DNA of 64,000 nucleotides from Thermodesulfovibrionales bacterium (GTDB lineage Bacteria > Nitrospirota > Thermodesulfovibrionia > Thermodesulfovibrionales > UBA6898). A program made the position numbers and the translations under genes. The DNA lies in NCBI GenBank assembly GCA_044450345.1, contig JBIOIY010000003.1, positions 64,001 through 128,000 of the forward strand, read 5' to 3'. The notes beneath the pieces are model-generated. The model made no database searches. It saw only the letters and a program-made list of their open reading frames with translations, and was not told the DNA's origin. Below, piece after piece: positions 30,545 through 40,183 of this stretch. The stretch's first letter is position 1. The number at the start of each line of letters is the position of its first letter.

Positions 30545-31138
30545 ATGGCAGTGAAATTAGATGTTAAGAATCTGCCCATTTATTTAAAAGCGATTATCGC
30601 TGTTCTTCCCGCCGTGATCATTCTTGTGGCGGGGATGGTCCTTTTTGTGTCCCCGCAGCAGAAAGAGATCAAGGCCCTCGATGCGAAGATAGACGATCAA
30701 AACAATAAAATAGCAACAGGCCAAGCCAAGGCGGCCAGGCTTGATACCTTGAAGCAGGAAAATGAAAAACTGCTGAATAGGTTGAATGAATTGAAAGAAC
30801 AACTGCCTGAAGAAAAGGAGATTTCGAGCCTTTTGAAACAGATCTCCGACCTTTCTATCTCAGCGGGACTCGAGATAAAATCCTGGAAGCCGGGAGCCAG
30901 GAAGATACACTCAAGCGGAATTGTATCTGAAATACCGGTTGCCGTCTCCGCGAGTGGAACCTATCACGATTTCGCCGGATTTCTGAGCAGCCTGACGAAA
31001 CTGAACAGGATCGTCAATATTACAGATATAAAGCTCGGTTCTCCAACGCCTACAAAAGGCATGGCCAACCTTCAGATAAGTTTTACCGCCACCACTTTCT
31101 CATCTGTAAGCGAGAAAGACAAGGAGGCGAAGAAATAA
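30545..31138 (+). CDS. pilO: Type IV pilus assembly protein PilO
   Basis: TM, coiled coil, LPEEKEISSLL, GTYHDF..F, RIVNI. Confidence 0.92.
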   Translation: MAVKLDVKNLPIYLKAIIAVLPAVIILVAGMVLFVSPQQKEIKALDAKIDDQNNKIATGQAKAARLDTLKQENEKLLNRLNELKEQLPEEKEISSLLKQISDLSISAGLEIKSWKPGARKIHSSGIVSEIPVAVSASGTYHDFAGFLSSLTKLNRIVNITDIKLGSPTPTKGMANLQISFTATTFSSVSEKDKEAKK

Positions 31139-31666
31139 ATGGCAAGAATGGTTATAGATTTCAAGAGGTCGCTTGTGGGTCTATTTGGGGTGGCATTCAT
31201 TGTCCTGGCAGGATGTGAGGGCGATCCTTCCCATCAGAAGCCGGCTTTAGAAAAGCCTAAACCTGCAGCCTCCGCTCCCTCGCTGGCAGTGAAAGAAGAA
31301 CCCAAGGCCGAAAAAGAGGTGTATGTCTATGAGCAGAAGGGGAGAAGAGACCCCTTCATGTCATTGCTCCAAATCAGCAAGGAAAAACCGAAAAGGGCGG
31401 CAGGGAAGAGGCCTGTGGAGAACTTCGATGTCGACGAGATAAAACTGGTTGCCATTTTGTGGGACACCAAACAGTATTATGCCCTCATAATGCTCCCCGA
31501 CAATAAATCCTACACGATCAGAAAAGGGATGACACTCGGGCTTTACGGCGGAAAGGTTGAGGATATTACAAGGGACAAGGTGCTGATTCGGGAGCAGGTA
31601 AAAGACTACCGGGGGCAGCTGAAAACTAAAGATACCATATTGAAACTCCGCAAGGAGGGGGAATGA
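31139..31666 (+). CDS. pilP: Type IV pilus assembly lipoprotein PilP
   Basis: LAGC lipobox, GRRDPF motif. Confidence 0.9.
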   Translation: MARMVIDFKRSLVGLFGVAFIVLAGCEGDPSHQKPALEKPKPAASAPSLAVKEEPKAEKEVYVYEQKGRRDPFMSLLQISKEKPKRAAGKRPVENFDVDEIKLVAILWDTKQYYALIMLPDNKSYTIRKGMTLGLYGGKVEDITRDKVLIREQVKDYRGQLKTKDTILKLRKEGE

Positions 31667-33897
31667 TGAAAAAAACTCTGATATCAAAATTTCTCATGTC
31701 ATTTATTTTATTGACATTAGTCCTCGGCTGCGCGACAAAGGCCAGGACCAAGGAGACTTCCGAGACCGATGAGTTCCCGGTACTTGCCGAGATCAAACAG
31801 CAGGAAAACGGCATCTCGTTCATCGGCAGCAAGAACTTTATTTATACGCTGTACACAGGAAACGACCCTTACAAGGTAACCATCGACATCCCGGATATGC
31901 GACTGGGGAATTTTAAGGAGAAGATCGTTTGGGACAAGGCAGGCATTTCGGAGATCCTTCCCCAGCAACTCGACACTCCAAAGCCGTCTATAAGGCTCGA
32001 TATTACATTGCAGAGCCCTGCTGCGGTCGTCCCTCTCTACAGGGACAATACGCTGACCCTTTTGACCAAACCTGAAGAACCGGTCACCCTGACCCAGGAA
32101 AAAACTGAAGAAAAGGTGGAGTCGAAAGAGACGACCGACGTTGCAGCCGCCGTGAGTCCGCCGGAGCCTGCAGCGGAATCAAAGCCCTCTGAAACGACGG
32201 CACCTGAAGTAAAAGAAGCAGAGGCCCCTGAAAAAAAATCTGCCGACAGCGGCGCTGCGCTGTCAAGGGCGAAGTCTATTGACCGCATCGAGCTCAAGAA
32301 ATCGGCAGCGGCGCTGAAGATATTGATAATCGGCGACGGGACCATGACGCCCAATGTCTTTCCCATCGATGAAAGAATAGTTATAGATATCCCCAATGTG
32401 TCAACGCATGCCTCACTTCCTTCAAGTGTCGTGTCGCCTTTAAAGGGTATCAGGATCGGCAAGCACAGGGACAAGGTTAGACTTGTGCTGGACCTCAGGG
32501 AAAAGACGGCTTTCGATGTTTCAGCAGTAGGAAATACCATAGAAGTTTTGCTGAAGAGCAAGGAGCGTCCAGTTGTCCAGTTTGAGCACAAGGCGGTCCG
32601 AAAAGAGATTGCCCTGAAAGAACTTTCATCCAAAGAGGCAGTCCAAATAGAGGCGCCGCCTCCTCTTGTACAGGAGGCCAAGGCAGAGGGGAGATATAGG
32701 GGGAAAAAGATATCGCTCGATTTCCAGGATGCCGAGGTAGGCCCTATTTTCAGACTTCTTGCCGACGTCAATGACTACAATCTGGTGCTGGACCCTGCGG
32801 TGAAGGGCAAGATCACGATCAAGCTTATGAACGTCCCCTGGGACCAGGCCCTCGATATTATTCTCAATCAGACGCATCTCAACTACCGCGTAGACGGAAA
32901 CATATTGTGGATCGCACCTGTCACTGTTTTTGACCAGATTGCCAGTGAAAGGGCGAAGTCGAAGGAGACGGAAGAGAAGTCCGAGGAACTGGTGCAGGAG
33001 GTCTTGAGGGTGAACTATGCGGCTGCCGCCGAAGTGCAGACTGCCATTAACAGCGGGAAACTGCTCAGCACACGCGGCACTATCACCCCGGACGCCAGGA
33101 TGAACACCCTTATCATCAAGGATACCCAGAAGAGCATCGAAAACATAAAAGAACTTGTGAAGATAATGGACCTCGCGAAGCCCCAGGTTATGATAGAGGC
33201 GAAGCTCGTCGAGGTGGGCACGACATACAGCGAATCGCTCGGCATACGGTGGGGAGGCAGTTTCTCTTCGCAGACTTTCCCCAGTAGCCTCCTAGGCAAT
33301 TTCTCGGTCAATACGCCGACGGTGAGCGCCGGGCCTTCAACGTCAAATGCCGGAGGCGCCATGAATTTGACCTTGGGGCATGCAAACAGCTTGAGCGTAA
33401 ACTTGTCGCTTTCGGCGCTTGAATCCATAGGCAAGTCCAAGACGTTGTCGAACCCGAAGATATTGACGATGGACAACGAGTCCGCAACCATCCAGCAGGG
33501 TACTACATTTTTTATCCCGACGGTAAGCCAGTCAGGTACCCAGACCCAGTCGCAGACTGCAACTCTGAGCCTGACAGTGACCCCCAAGATCACGCCTGAC
33601 GGTTATATCCAACTGAAGGTCAATGCTACCGACAACAGTCTTCAGCCGGGGACGGCCGGGGCCACGGCGGTAGTCAACACGAAGAGCCTCACGACCCAGG
33701 CGCTTGTCAAGAATGGAGAGACCCTGGTGATAGGAGGCATTTACAGGATGGACGATAGCGAAACCAGTGATGCCGTACCCGTCCTCGGCAGGATACCGGG
33801 ACTCGGCTGGCTATTTAAGACCAAGGACCGCGTAGGGCCGAACATCAAGGAACTGCTCATATTTATTACACCGATCATAGTCAGCCAGCCTATGTAA
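31663..33897 (+). CDS. pilQ: Type IV pilus secretin PilQ
   Basis: GKKISLDFQDA, VPWDQALD, PQVMIEAKLVE, GETLVIGGIY, VPVLGRIPGLGWLFK, ELLIFITP; AMIN-like N-domains. Confidence 0.96.
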   Translation: MMKKTLISKFLMSFILLTLVLGCATKARTKETSETDEFPVLAEIKQQENGISFIGSKNFIYTLYTGNDPYKVTIDIPDMRLGNFKEKIVWDKAGISEILPQQLDTPKPSIRLDITLQSPAAVVPLYRDNTLTLLTKPEEPVTLTQEKTEEKVESKETTDVAAAVSPPEPAAESKPSETTAPEVKEAEAPEKKSADSGAALSRAKSIDRIELKKSAAALKILIIGDGTMTPNVFPIDERIVIDIPNVSTHASLPSSVVSPLKGIRIGKHRDKVRLVLDLREKTAFDVSAVGNTIEVLLKSKERPVVQFEHKAVRKEIALKELSSKEAVQIEAPPPLVQEAKAEGRYRGKKISLDFQDAEVGPIFRLLADVNDYNLVLDPAVKGKITIKLMNVPWDQALDIILNQTHLNYRVDGNILWIAPVTVFDQIASERAKSKETEEKSEELVQEVLRVNYAAAAEVQTAINSGKLLSTRGTITPDARMNTLIIKDTQKSIENIKELVKIMDLAKPQVMIEAKLVEVGTTYSESLGIRWGGSFSSQTFPSSLLGNFSVNTPTVSAGPSTSNAGGAMNLTLGHANSLSVNLSLSALESIGKSKTLSNPKILTMDNESATIQQGTTFFIPTVSQSGTQTQSQTATLSLTVTPKITPDGYIQLKVNATDNSLQPGTAGATAVVNTKSLTTQALVKNGETLVIGGIYRMDDSETSDAVPVLGRIPGLGWLFKTKDRVGPNIKELLIFITPIIVSQPM

Positions 33898-33951
33898 GGA
33901 GCAGACCGGATTGAGAGAACATATATTTAATATTCACTTCGAGGAGGTTAA

Positions 33952-34425
33952 ATGAAGAACCATATAATGCTGCTGTTGTGTGTAATCGTGTTATCGGGTT
34001 GCGGGGCCAGAGGCGGAAGCGCACCTCCTGGTTCTACGATAACTATAGGGTCTTTTGATAGTGTGACAAACGCAAATACGACGAAACAGCGCGACAGTCA
34101 AACAGTGCAGGTCATCATAAAATCGGGTGGCAATGGAGTAAACAATGCAAATATCGATATTTCATTCGATTATACGTCGCCACCCGTTAAGACTGTGACA
34201 AATCCTGATGGATCCACTACGAGAACATTCCCTGATCCGGCAAGCGTTGTTACGTTGTGCGGCGGCGCCCAGATCTTAAACGCAACCGTCCAGGCGAAGA
34301 CCGACGACTGGGGTGTTTATTACCTATGCATTGAATATGATAACGGGGGTGGGCTCGCTTACGCGGGGAACGTAAAGGTCTTGAGCGGCGATCAGTCGGT
34401 TTCGACTGCGTTGACCGTCCAATAG
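33952..34425 (+). CDS. Small beta-rich (Ig-like) lipoprotein of unknown function
   Basis: LSGC lipobox, GAGGAGG RBS, Thr/Ser/Gly-rich beta pattern. Confidence 0.75.
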   Translation: MKNHIMLLLCVIVLSGCGARGGSAPPGSTITIGSFDSVTNANTTKQRDSQTVQVIIKSGGNGVNNANIDISFDYTSPPVKTVTNPDGSTTRTFPDPASVVTLCGGAQILNATVQAKTDDWGVYYLCIEYDNGGGLAYAGNVKVLSGDQSVSTALTVQ

Positions 34426-34475
34426 GCTGTTGGGATGGGTGTCTTGAAATTGGATATTTTCCAGGAGGATCATTT

Positions 34476-37400
34476 ATGAAAATTATGAGGATTACGTTCT
34501 GCCTCTTCTTGATAGCTTACCTGTTCGGCTGTTCAGGAGAGCCGACCCAGACAGGCGGCGCCAGCAGGGGAGCGGCAAAGGTCCTGGCAGATGACCTGCA
34601 GATAACCTCGGACCCGAACGACCAGACCCAGCCAAATGTTGCATACGATACGGTCAATAAGAGATACCTTGTCGTCTGGACTGACTACAGAAACGTGAAC
34701 ACGAGTTGTTCCGGGACCGCCCTCTGCGGCACTGACATCTTCGGCAAGTTCTGTACCGGCTCCGGGACCGGGACAGACACGACCATGACTTGCGGGAGCG
34801 AGTTCCTCATTTCGAATATAACAGGGGGCCCCGTGCCGGGCAATCAATCTCAGCCAAAGGTCGCGTTCAACAGCCAAAACCAGAATTATCTTGTGGTCTG
34901 GACCGATTCACGGAGCGGGGCAAACGGTCAGATCTTCGGTCAGCTCATGACAAAGGACGGGACCTTCTCGGGGGACAACTTTGCCATCTCTACCATTACC
35001 GCAGGCGTGGACATTAACCAGTTTGAGCCTGACGTCATATACGACGCTGTGACCAACAACTTCGTGGTGGCGTGGGTCGATGTGACTGTCGCGGACACAA
35101 ATAATCAGATGGTCCTCAGGGGCGGGGGCTGCTTTAACACTCAGAACGTGACGTTTATCCCTCTGCCCCAGGCTGATAACAACATGGTCAGGACGGCAGA
35201 GGTGAGTCCGACCGGCGCGGTATCAAACAGAAAGAACGCCTCTGCGCTTCTGGCGACAGACCCTGTGCATGATACGGGGACCAACTCTTTCACCGGCACA
35301 TGGTCTGTGCAGTTCAACGAGGCAAAGCCGAAGCTAATCTATAGCAGCATCACGGGAGATTATTTCGTCGGCTGGAGCGGCATGAACCATTCGGTAACCT
35401 TCAATATGGACTATATCCCGGGAGCCCTGGGGAACGTGTTTAAGGTCTTTAACGGGACGGGTTCTGTACCCAATCCGGCGCCTCCCCCCGCAAACCTCCC
35501 GGCCTGGCGAGCGACCGATACAGCCACTATTTCAGGAGCGGTGACGACGATAGTCGCAGCGACCGCAACGAAGAGTGACGGAACCGCGGCGACCGGGCTC
35601 ACTTTCACGGGCTTTGGAACGACCTCGCTCAAGATCACGATCAATGCTGTATCAAATGTCATCGGCGACACGAACCCGCTCACGATAACGGTCACCTATG
35701 ATTTTCCTAATGTCTGTGAATATAAGGTGCAGACATTCACCTCAACGGACAAGGACGCCGGCCTTCCCAAGGTGAAGTTCAGAAAGGGGTCCGGACTCGG
35801 ACTCTTCCAGGACTTCAGCTTCGGCACAAATGCGACTGCGCTCGCATTGTCGACGGACCCAAATACTAACCGCGCGCTGATCGCATGGGAAGAGAATACC
35901 GCGACCGGAAAGGACATACTGGGACAGCTCGTTGATCTTAACAATTTCGTGTCTTACGGCAACGGCATAACCATATCCAACGCCCCCGGCGATCAGTCAT
36001 CTCCTGCGGTCTCGTATGACAACGCCAACCAAAGGTTTCTTGTTGTATGGGAAGACGCGAGGAACCAGAGCGCAAATATCTCCAACATCGACATCTTCAG
36101 CCAGTTCGTCGACCCGCAGGGCAATTTAAGCGGCGCAAACGCCCCTGTGACGGTTGCGCCGGGCAACCAGCTTGCCCCTGCCCTGGCCTTCGGGGATGTC
36201 GACTTCAGAAAATTCCTTGTTGTCTGGGCGGACGGCCGCCAGCCGAGCAATGCAGACATCTTCGGCCAGTTGATGGAATTTTCATTGTCATCTCAGCTCT
36301 TGATAGAGGACGGAGCCGGGAACCCGATCTTTAACAGCGCGATCGATTTCGGGAACTTCCCGATCGGCCTGACCGGCGGGGTGCTCAACTCTACGACGTT
36401 ACCGTTTAAGATCTGCAATAACGGTAATACCCAGCTCACCATAAACAGCATGAGCCAGCCGGACGCCCCGTTCTCGATCACTACGCCGATCCCGGTTACC
36501 ATAAGCCCCGGCGTTTGTTCCGACATGGCAGTCCAGTTTGCGCCTATAGCTGCGGGTTCTTTTGCAGGGAATTCCTCGAACAATTTCAAGACGACGATTG
36601 ATTCAAGCGGCGGAAAGGTGACGCTCTATTTCAGCGGAAGCGGAACAGGTACCCAAACGTTAAGAGTTCTTACCACAAGTCTTCCCGATGGCGACACATT
36701 GACTGCTTATAACCAGCCTCTCCTGGGATTCGGCGGTGTCTTCCCCTTCACCTGGAGCGTAAGCGCGGGGACCCTTCCCCCTGGGATGACAATAGATTCT
36801 ACCTCCGGCCGTATAAGCGGCCAGCCGACCGCATCCGGATCCTTCACCTTTACGGTGAGGGTTACTGATAATGGCGGACATACCGCAACGAGAGAGCTTA
36901 CGATTAATGTGAGCGTACTTACGATTACGAATATAAATACGACATTGAAGCAGTGGACAGTAGGACAGGAATACGGAACCCCCCCTGTCGAACAGATAAC
37001 CGCTGCGGGCGGCGCAGCGCCTTATACCTGGAGCATAAGCGGAGGCAATTTGCCGAACGGGCTCTCGATAGACCCCTCAACGGGCAGGATTTTCGGCGTG
37101 CCGAGCCAGAGCGGGCAGTTCCTGTTTACGGTGAAGGTCACCGAAAGCGGCGGACAGATCGCAACAAAGAGTTTCATGATAAGCATTAACTCCGCACCGT
37201 CCATTCAGACAACCAGCCTTCCTGCCGGGAGAAGCGGAATTGAGTATCAACAGACACTGAAGGAAGTTGGCGGAACGCCGACCATTACTTGGGCTATTGG
37301 CTCGGGGTCACTGCCCCCGGGACTATCGATCGATACTGCGACCGGGATAATAAGCGGGACGCCGACAAGTGAAAGTAAAAACAGTTTTACGATAACGGCA

Positions 37401-37613
37401 ACCGACGCTGCGGGGGCCTCGGTCTCCAAGGACCTTGCAATTGAGGTCACTGCTGCCGGTGCTGGTGGCGGAGGAGCGGCCTCAAATTCCGGAGGCGGGT
37501 GTTCTATCGGGAGAAAGCAGAACGGGCCGACACAGGTTGCGGACGCCCTAGTAATGCTGGCGCCGCTGTTTGCGATAATCGCGCTCAGGAATTTCAGGCG
37601 GAAGAAAAAATAG
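34476..37613 (+). CDS. Large surface protein: propeller-like repeats, ASH/choice-of-anchor-D-like domain, three putative-Ig (He_PIG) repeats, Cys-containing C-terminal sorting signal
   Basis: LFGC lipobox; repeats (D/N)QxxPxVxY..LVVW.D.R; G.LP.G..ID..TG.I.G.P repeats; tail GGGCSIG..D..TM..RRKKK. Confidence 0.85.
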   Translation: MKIMRITFCLFLIAYLFGCSGEPTQTGGASRGAAKVLADDLQITSDPNDQTQPNVAYDTVNKRYLVVWTDYRNVNTSCSGTALCGTDIFGKFCTGSGTGTDTTMTCGSEFLISNITGGPVPGNQSQPKVAFNSQNQNYLVVWTDSRSGANGQIFGQLMTKDGTFSGDNFAISTITAGVDINQFEPDVIYDAVTNNFVVAWVDVTVADTNNQMVLRGGGCFNTQNVTFIPLPQADNNMVRTAEVSPTGAVSNRKNASALLATDPVHDTGTNSFTGTWSVQFNEAKPKLIYSSITGDYFVGWSGMNHSVTFNMDYIPGALGNVFKVFNGTGSVPNPAPPPANLPAWRATDTATISGAVTTIVAATATKSDGTAATGLTFTGFGTTSLKITINAVSNVIGDTNPLTITVTYDFPNVCEYKVQTFTSTDKDAGLPKVKFRKGSGLGLFQDFSFGTNATALALSTDPNTNRALIAWEENTATGKDILGQLVDLNNFVSYGNGITISNAPGDQSSPAVSYDNANQRFLVVWEDARNQSANISNIDIFSQFVDPQGNLSGANAPVTVAPGNQLAPALAFGDVDFRKFLVVWADGRQPSNADIFGQLMEFSLSSQLLIEDGAGNPIFNSAIDFGNFPIGLTGGVLNSTTLPFKICNNGNTQLTINSMSQPDAPFSITTPIPVTISPGVCSDMAVQFAPIAAGSFAGNSSNNFKTTIDSSGGKVTLYFSGSGTGTQTLRVLTTSLPDGDTLTAYNQPLLGFGGVFPFTWSVSAGTLPPGMTIDSTSGRISGQPTASGSFTFTVRVTDNGGHTATRELTINVSVLTITNINTTLKQWTVGQEYGTPPVEQITAAGGAAPYTWSISGGNLPNGLSIDPSTGRIFGVPSQSGQFLFTVKVTESGGQIATKSFMISINSAPSIQTTSLPAGRSGIEYQQTLKEVGGTPTITWAIGSGSLPPGLSIDTATGIISGTPTSESKNSFTITATDAAGASVSKDLAIEVTAAGAGGGGAASNSGGGCSIGRKQNGPTQVADALVMLAPLFAIIALRNFRRKKK

Positions 37614-37641
37614 TCTCTGTATACAAAGTGATGCAAATCTC

Positions 37642-37669
37642 AAAGAGAGGGGCTATAGCCCCTCTCTTT
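37642..37669. terminator. Perfect 28-bp palindrome, probable terminator
   Basis: AAAGAGAGGGGCTATAGCCCCTCTCTTT. Confidence 0.75.
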
Positions 37670-37691
37670 ATTTGTTCTTGAGGAAGATTTA

Positions 37692-38234
37692 TTGGACGTG
37701 AAGAAAAAACCCCTGCTCGCGTATGCCATACTTCTCATGCTGGTTTTTTCAGCGCATGCCTTTCAGCTGCGCTTCTTCGATTATCTTGTCCCCATTTATC
37801 TTCTGGCAGTCCCGGTGGTCTTGAAGAGCAGGACAAATATCGGTTTTTCGATGAGGCATATTCTCCTTGGCCTGCTTGTGTCAATCATAGTTCTCTTGCC
37901 GTTCTTTGCGGTCTTTCCGCCGGCGAAAAAATTTGCAGCCCCGGAGCTGGGTGCGGCCCTGTTCCAGCTTCTCGGCGTTGCCTTTCCGGAGGAGGTTTTT
38001 TTCAGGGGGTTCCTGCAAGAAGCGTTCGGCAATAATCTCAGGGGCGCTGTGGTGGTGAGTCTCCTGTTTGCGGGGGCACACCTTCCGGGATTGTTTTTCT
38101 ACGGCGACCTCTATGCACTGCTGACATTCTTTCCTTCCCTCATCATGGGCCTCCTCTACATGCGTACGTCAAACGTTGCACCCTCGACGATCTTTCACTT
38201 CTTCTCAAATATCATGTACCTGGGGTCTTTGTGA
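37692..38234 (+). CDS. CPBP (CAAX/Abi) family glutamic intramembrane protease, probable sorting enzyme (MrtJ/myxosortase-like)
   Basis: EEVFFRG, FAGAH, HFFSN motifs in a hydrophobic 180-aa protein; start TTG 37692 or GTG 37698. Confidence 0.88.
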   Translation: MDVKKKPLLAYAILLMLVFSAHAFQLRFFDYLVPIYLLAVPVVLKSRTNIGFSMRHILLGLLVSIIVLLPFFAVFPPAKKFAAPELGAALFQLLGVAFPEEVFFRGFLQEAFGNNLRGAVVVSLLFAGAHLPGLFFYGDLYALLTFFPSLIMGLLYMRTSNVAPSTIFHFFSNIMYLGSL

Positions 38235-38298
38235 TATACTCTAAACTGGTTTGAAGACTGGAATCCGGCATGTTCACTTTGCAATTGAGGAGTTACGA

Positions 38299-40110
38299 AT
38301 GAAGAAAATCATTCTTGTACTGGTGACATTACTTTTGGCTTCGTGCGGGAATGAGAAGACCGCAGTCTTGTCTTCTGATGAAGGCAGAACCGCTGCGATA
38401 GAAAAAACGGCCCCGATAGTGTCGATGCAGTCAATCCTTGCCGGTGCGGAAAAGGGCAACTACAGGGAAGGTGAAATTATTGTCAAGCTCAAACCCGGTG
38501 TCCGCAATGCGTCTTCACTGGGTGCGCATCTGGCATTGGGGGCGGCGGTACTCCGGAGGCTCTCTCTGTTAAATGCAGATCATGTTAAACTGCCTGCTGG
38601 TGTGACGGTAAGAGAGGCGATCATACGGTATATGCAGGACCCCGACGTCGAATACGCCGAACCGAATTATGTAAGGTCGGCCCGTTCTACCGTGCCGAAC
38701 GATCCGCTTTTTCCGTTGCAGTGGGCCCTCCAGAATACCCAGGGTTCGAACATTAGAATGCCCTCTGCATGGGACATTATCACCGGCAACAGGGGACTCG
38801 TCATCGCGGTTGTCGACTCCGGGGTAGACTATACCCACCCTGATCTTGCCGGCAATATGTGGGCCAACCCAGGCGAACCCAACTGCTCCTCTGCGAACGA
38901 CAACGACCATGATGGATATGTTGCCGACTGCAGGGGATGGAATTTTGTGAGCGATAATAATAACCCGATGGATGACGACGGACACGGCACGCATGTGAGC
39001 GGCACGATAGGCGCAGCAGGGAATAACAACCTCGGTGTTGCAGGGGTGATGTGGGAAGTGAAAATCATGCCTTTGAAGATCCTCGACAACAACGGGAACG
39101 GTACGGTGGCGGACGAGGTAGCTGCCATTCAGTACGCCATTACGAAAGGTGCAAAAATAATAAATGCCAGCTTTGCCGGGGACCAATTTTCGAACGCGGA
39201 ATTCGATGCGATCACTGCGGCAAATGCGGCCGGTATTCTGTTCGTGACCGCTGCAGGCAACGGGAATAACAATGCGATTGGGAGCGACAACGACACATTG
39301 CCGGTCTATCCCGGAAATTATAACCTTCCAAATATTATTTCGGTGGCAGCAACGGACCAGAATGACAATCTGGCCTCATTCAGCAACTTCGGCCCCGATA
39401 CAGTGCACGTTGCCGCCCCGGGGGTGTTGATCCTGAGCACCGTCCCCCCGAGCTTGAGCTTTTCGTTTTGCGGAAGCTCGCCTCTTATCGGTTATGAATA
39501 TTGCGACGGCACTTCGATGTCCACACCTCATGTTACGGGACTTGCAGGTCTCATATCAAGCTACTACGCCGGTCTGACGCCATCGCAGTTGCGGGCGATG
39601 ATCATGAGGTATGTCGATACGCTTCCGGCACTTCGGGGGGCCGTCAAGAGCGGGGGCAGGATAAACGCGTATAAGACTGTGTCGGCCCTGCTGGCCCCAT
39701 CCGGACTCTCTGCAAATGCACAATCTTCGACCAAGATAGCATTGACATGGAACGACAACGCCACAGGGGAGGATGGATACAAGATTGAGAGGGAGGCGCC
39801 TGGCGGAGACTTTGTCGAGATCGCTGAAACCGGACCTGACGTTACGACCTTTACCGACAGCGGACTCAATCCCGTGAATGCGTATACATACAGGGTGCGC
39901 GCCTTCAACACGATCCCCGTTGATTCAGGGTATTCCAATGAGGCGTCGGCCACGACCTTGTCAGGTCCCGGCCCTTCATCCGGAGGGGGTGGGGGAGGCT
40001 GTTCAGTGCTGAGAAAGACGCATCGACCTTCAGAGGGGGACGTCTTACTGGTCCTGATGCCCATACTTGCGGCCGCGGCATTGTATCGCCGCAGGCGAAA
40101 GAAAAAATAG
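38299..40110 (+). CDS. S8 subtilisin-family serine protease lipoprotein with FN3 domain and C-terminal sorting signal
   Basis: LASC lipobox; AVVDSG, HGTHVSG, GTSMSTPHV triad; LTWNDN..YTYRVRA FN3; tail GGGCSVL..D..TM..RRRRKKK. Confidence 0.92.
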   Translation: MKKIILVLVTLLLASCGNEKTAVLSSDEGRTAAIEKTAPIVSMQSILAGAEKGNYREGEIIVKLKPGVRNASSLGAHLALGAAVLRRLSLLNADHVKLPAGVTVREAIIRYMQDPDVEYAEPNYVRSARSTVPNDPLFPLQWALQNTQGSNIRMPSAWDIITGNRGLVIAVVDSGVDYTHPDLAGNMWANPGEPNCSSANDNDHDGYVADCRGWNFVSDNNNPMDDDGHGTHVSGTIGAAGNNNLGVAGVMWEVKIMPLKILDNNGNGTVADEVAAIQYAITKGAKIINASFAGDQFSNAEFDAITAANAAGILFVTAAGNGNNNAIGSDNDTLPVYPGNYNLPNIISVAATDQNDNLASFSNFGPDTVHVAAPGVLILSTVPPSLSFSFCGSSPLIGYEYCDGTSMSTPHVTGLAGLISSYYAGLTPSQLRAMIMRYVDTLPALRGAVKSGGRINAYKTVSALLAPSGLSANAQSSTKIALTWNDNATGEDGYKIEREAPGGDFVEIAETGPDVTTFTDSGLNPVNAYTYRVRAFNTIPVDSGYSNEASATTLSGPGPSSGGGGGGCSVLRKTHRPSEGDVLLVLMPILAAAALYRRRRKKK

Positions 40111-40183
40111 TGTCTTCGGTATTACGTCGTTTGATATATATTCTAGATATGACAAGCAAAAAATTTTAGCGTGGAGCGATAGT

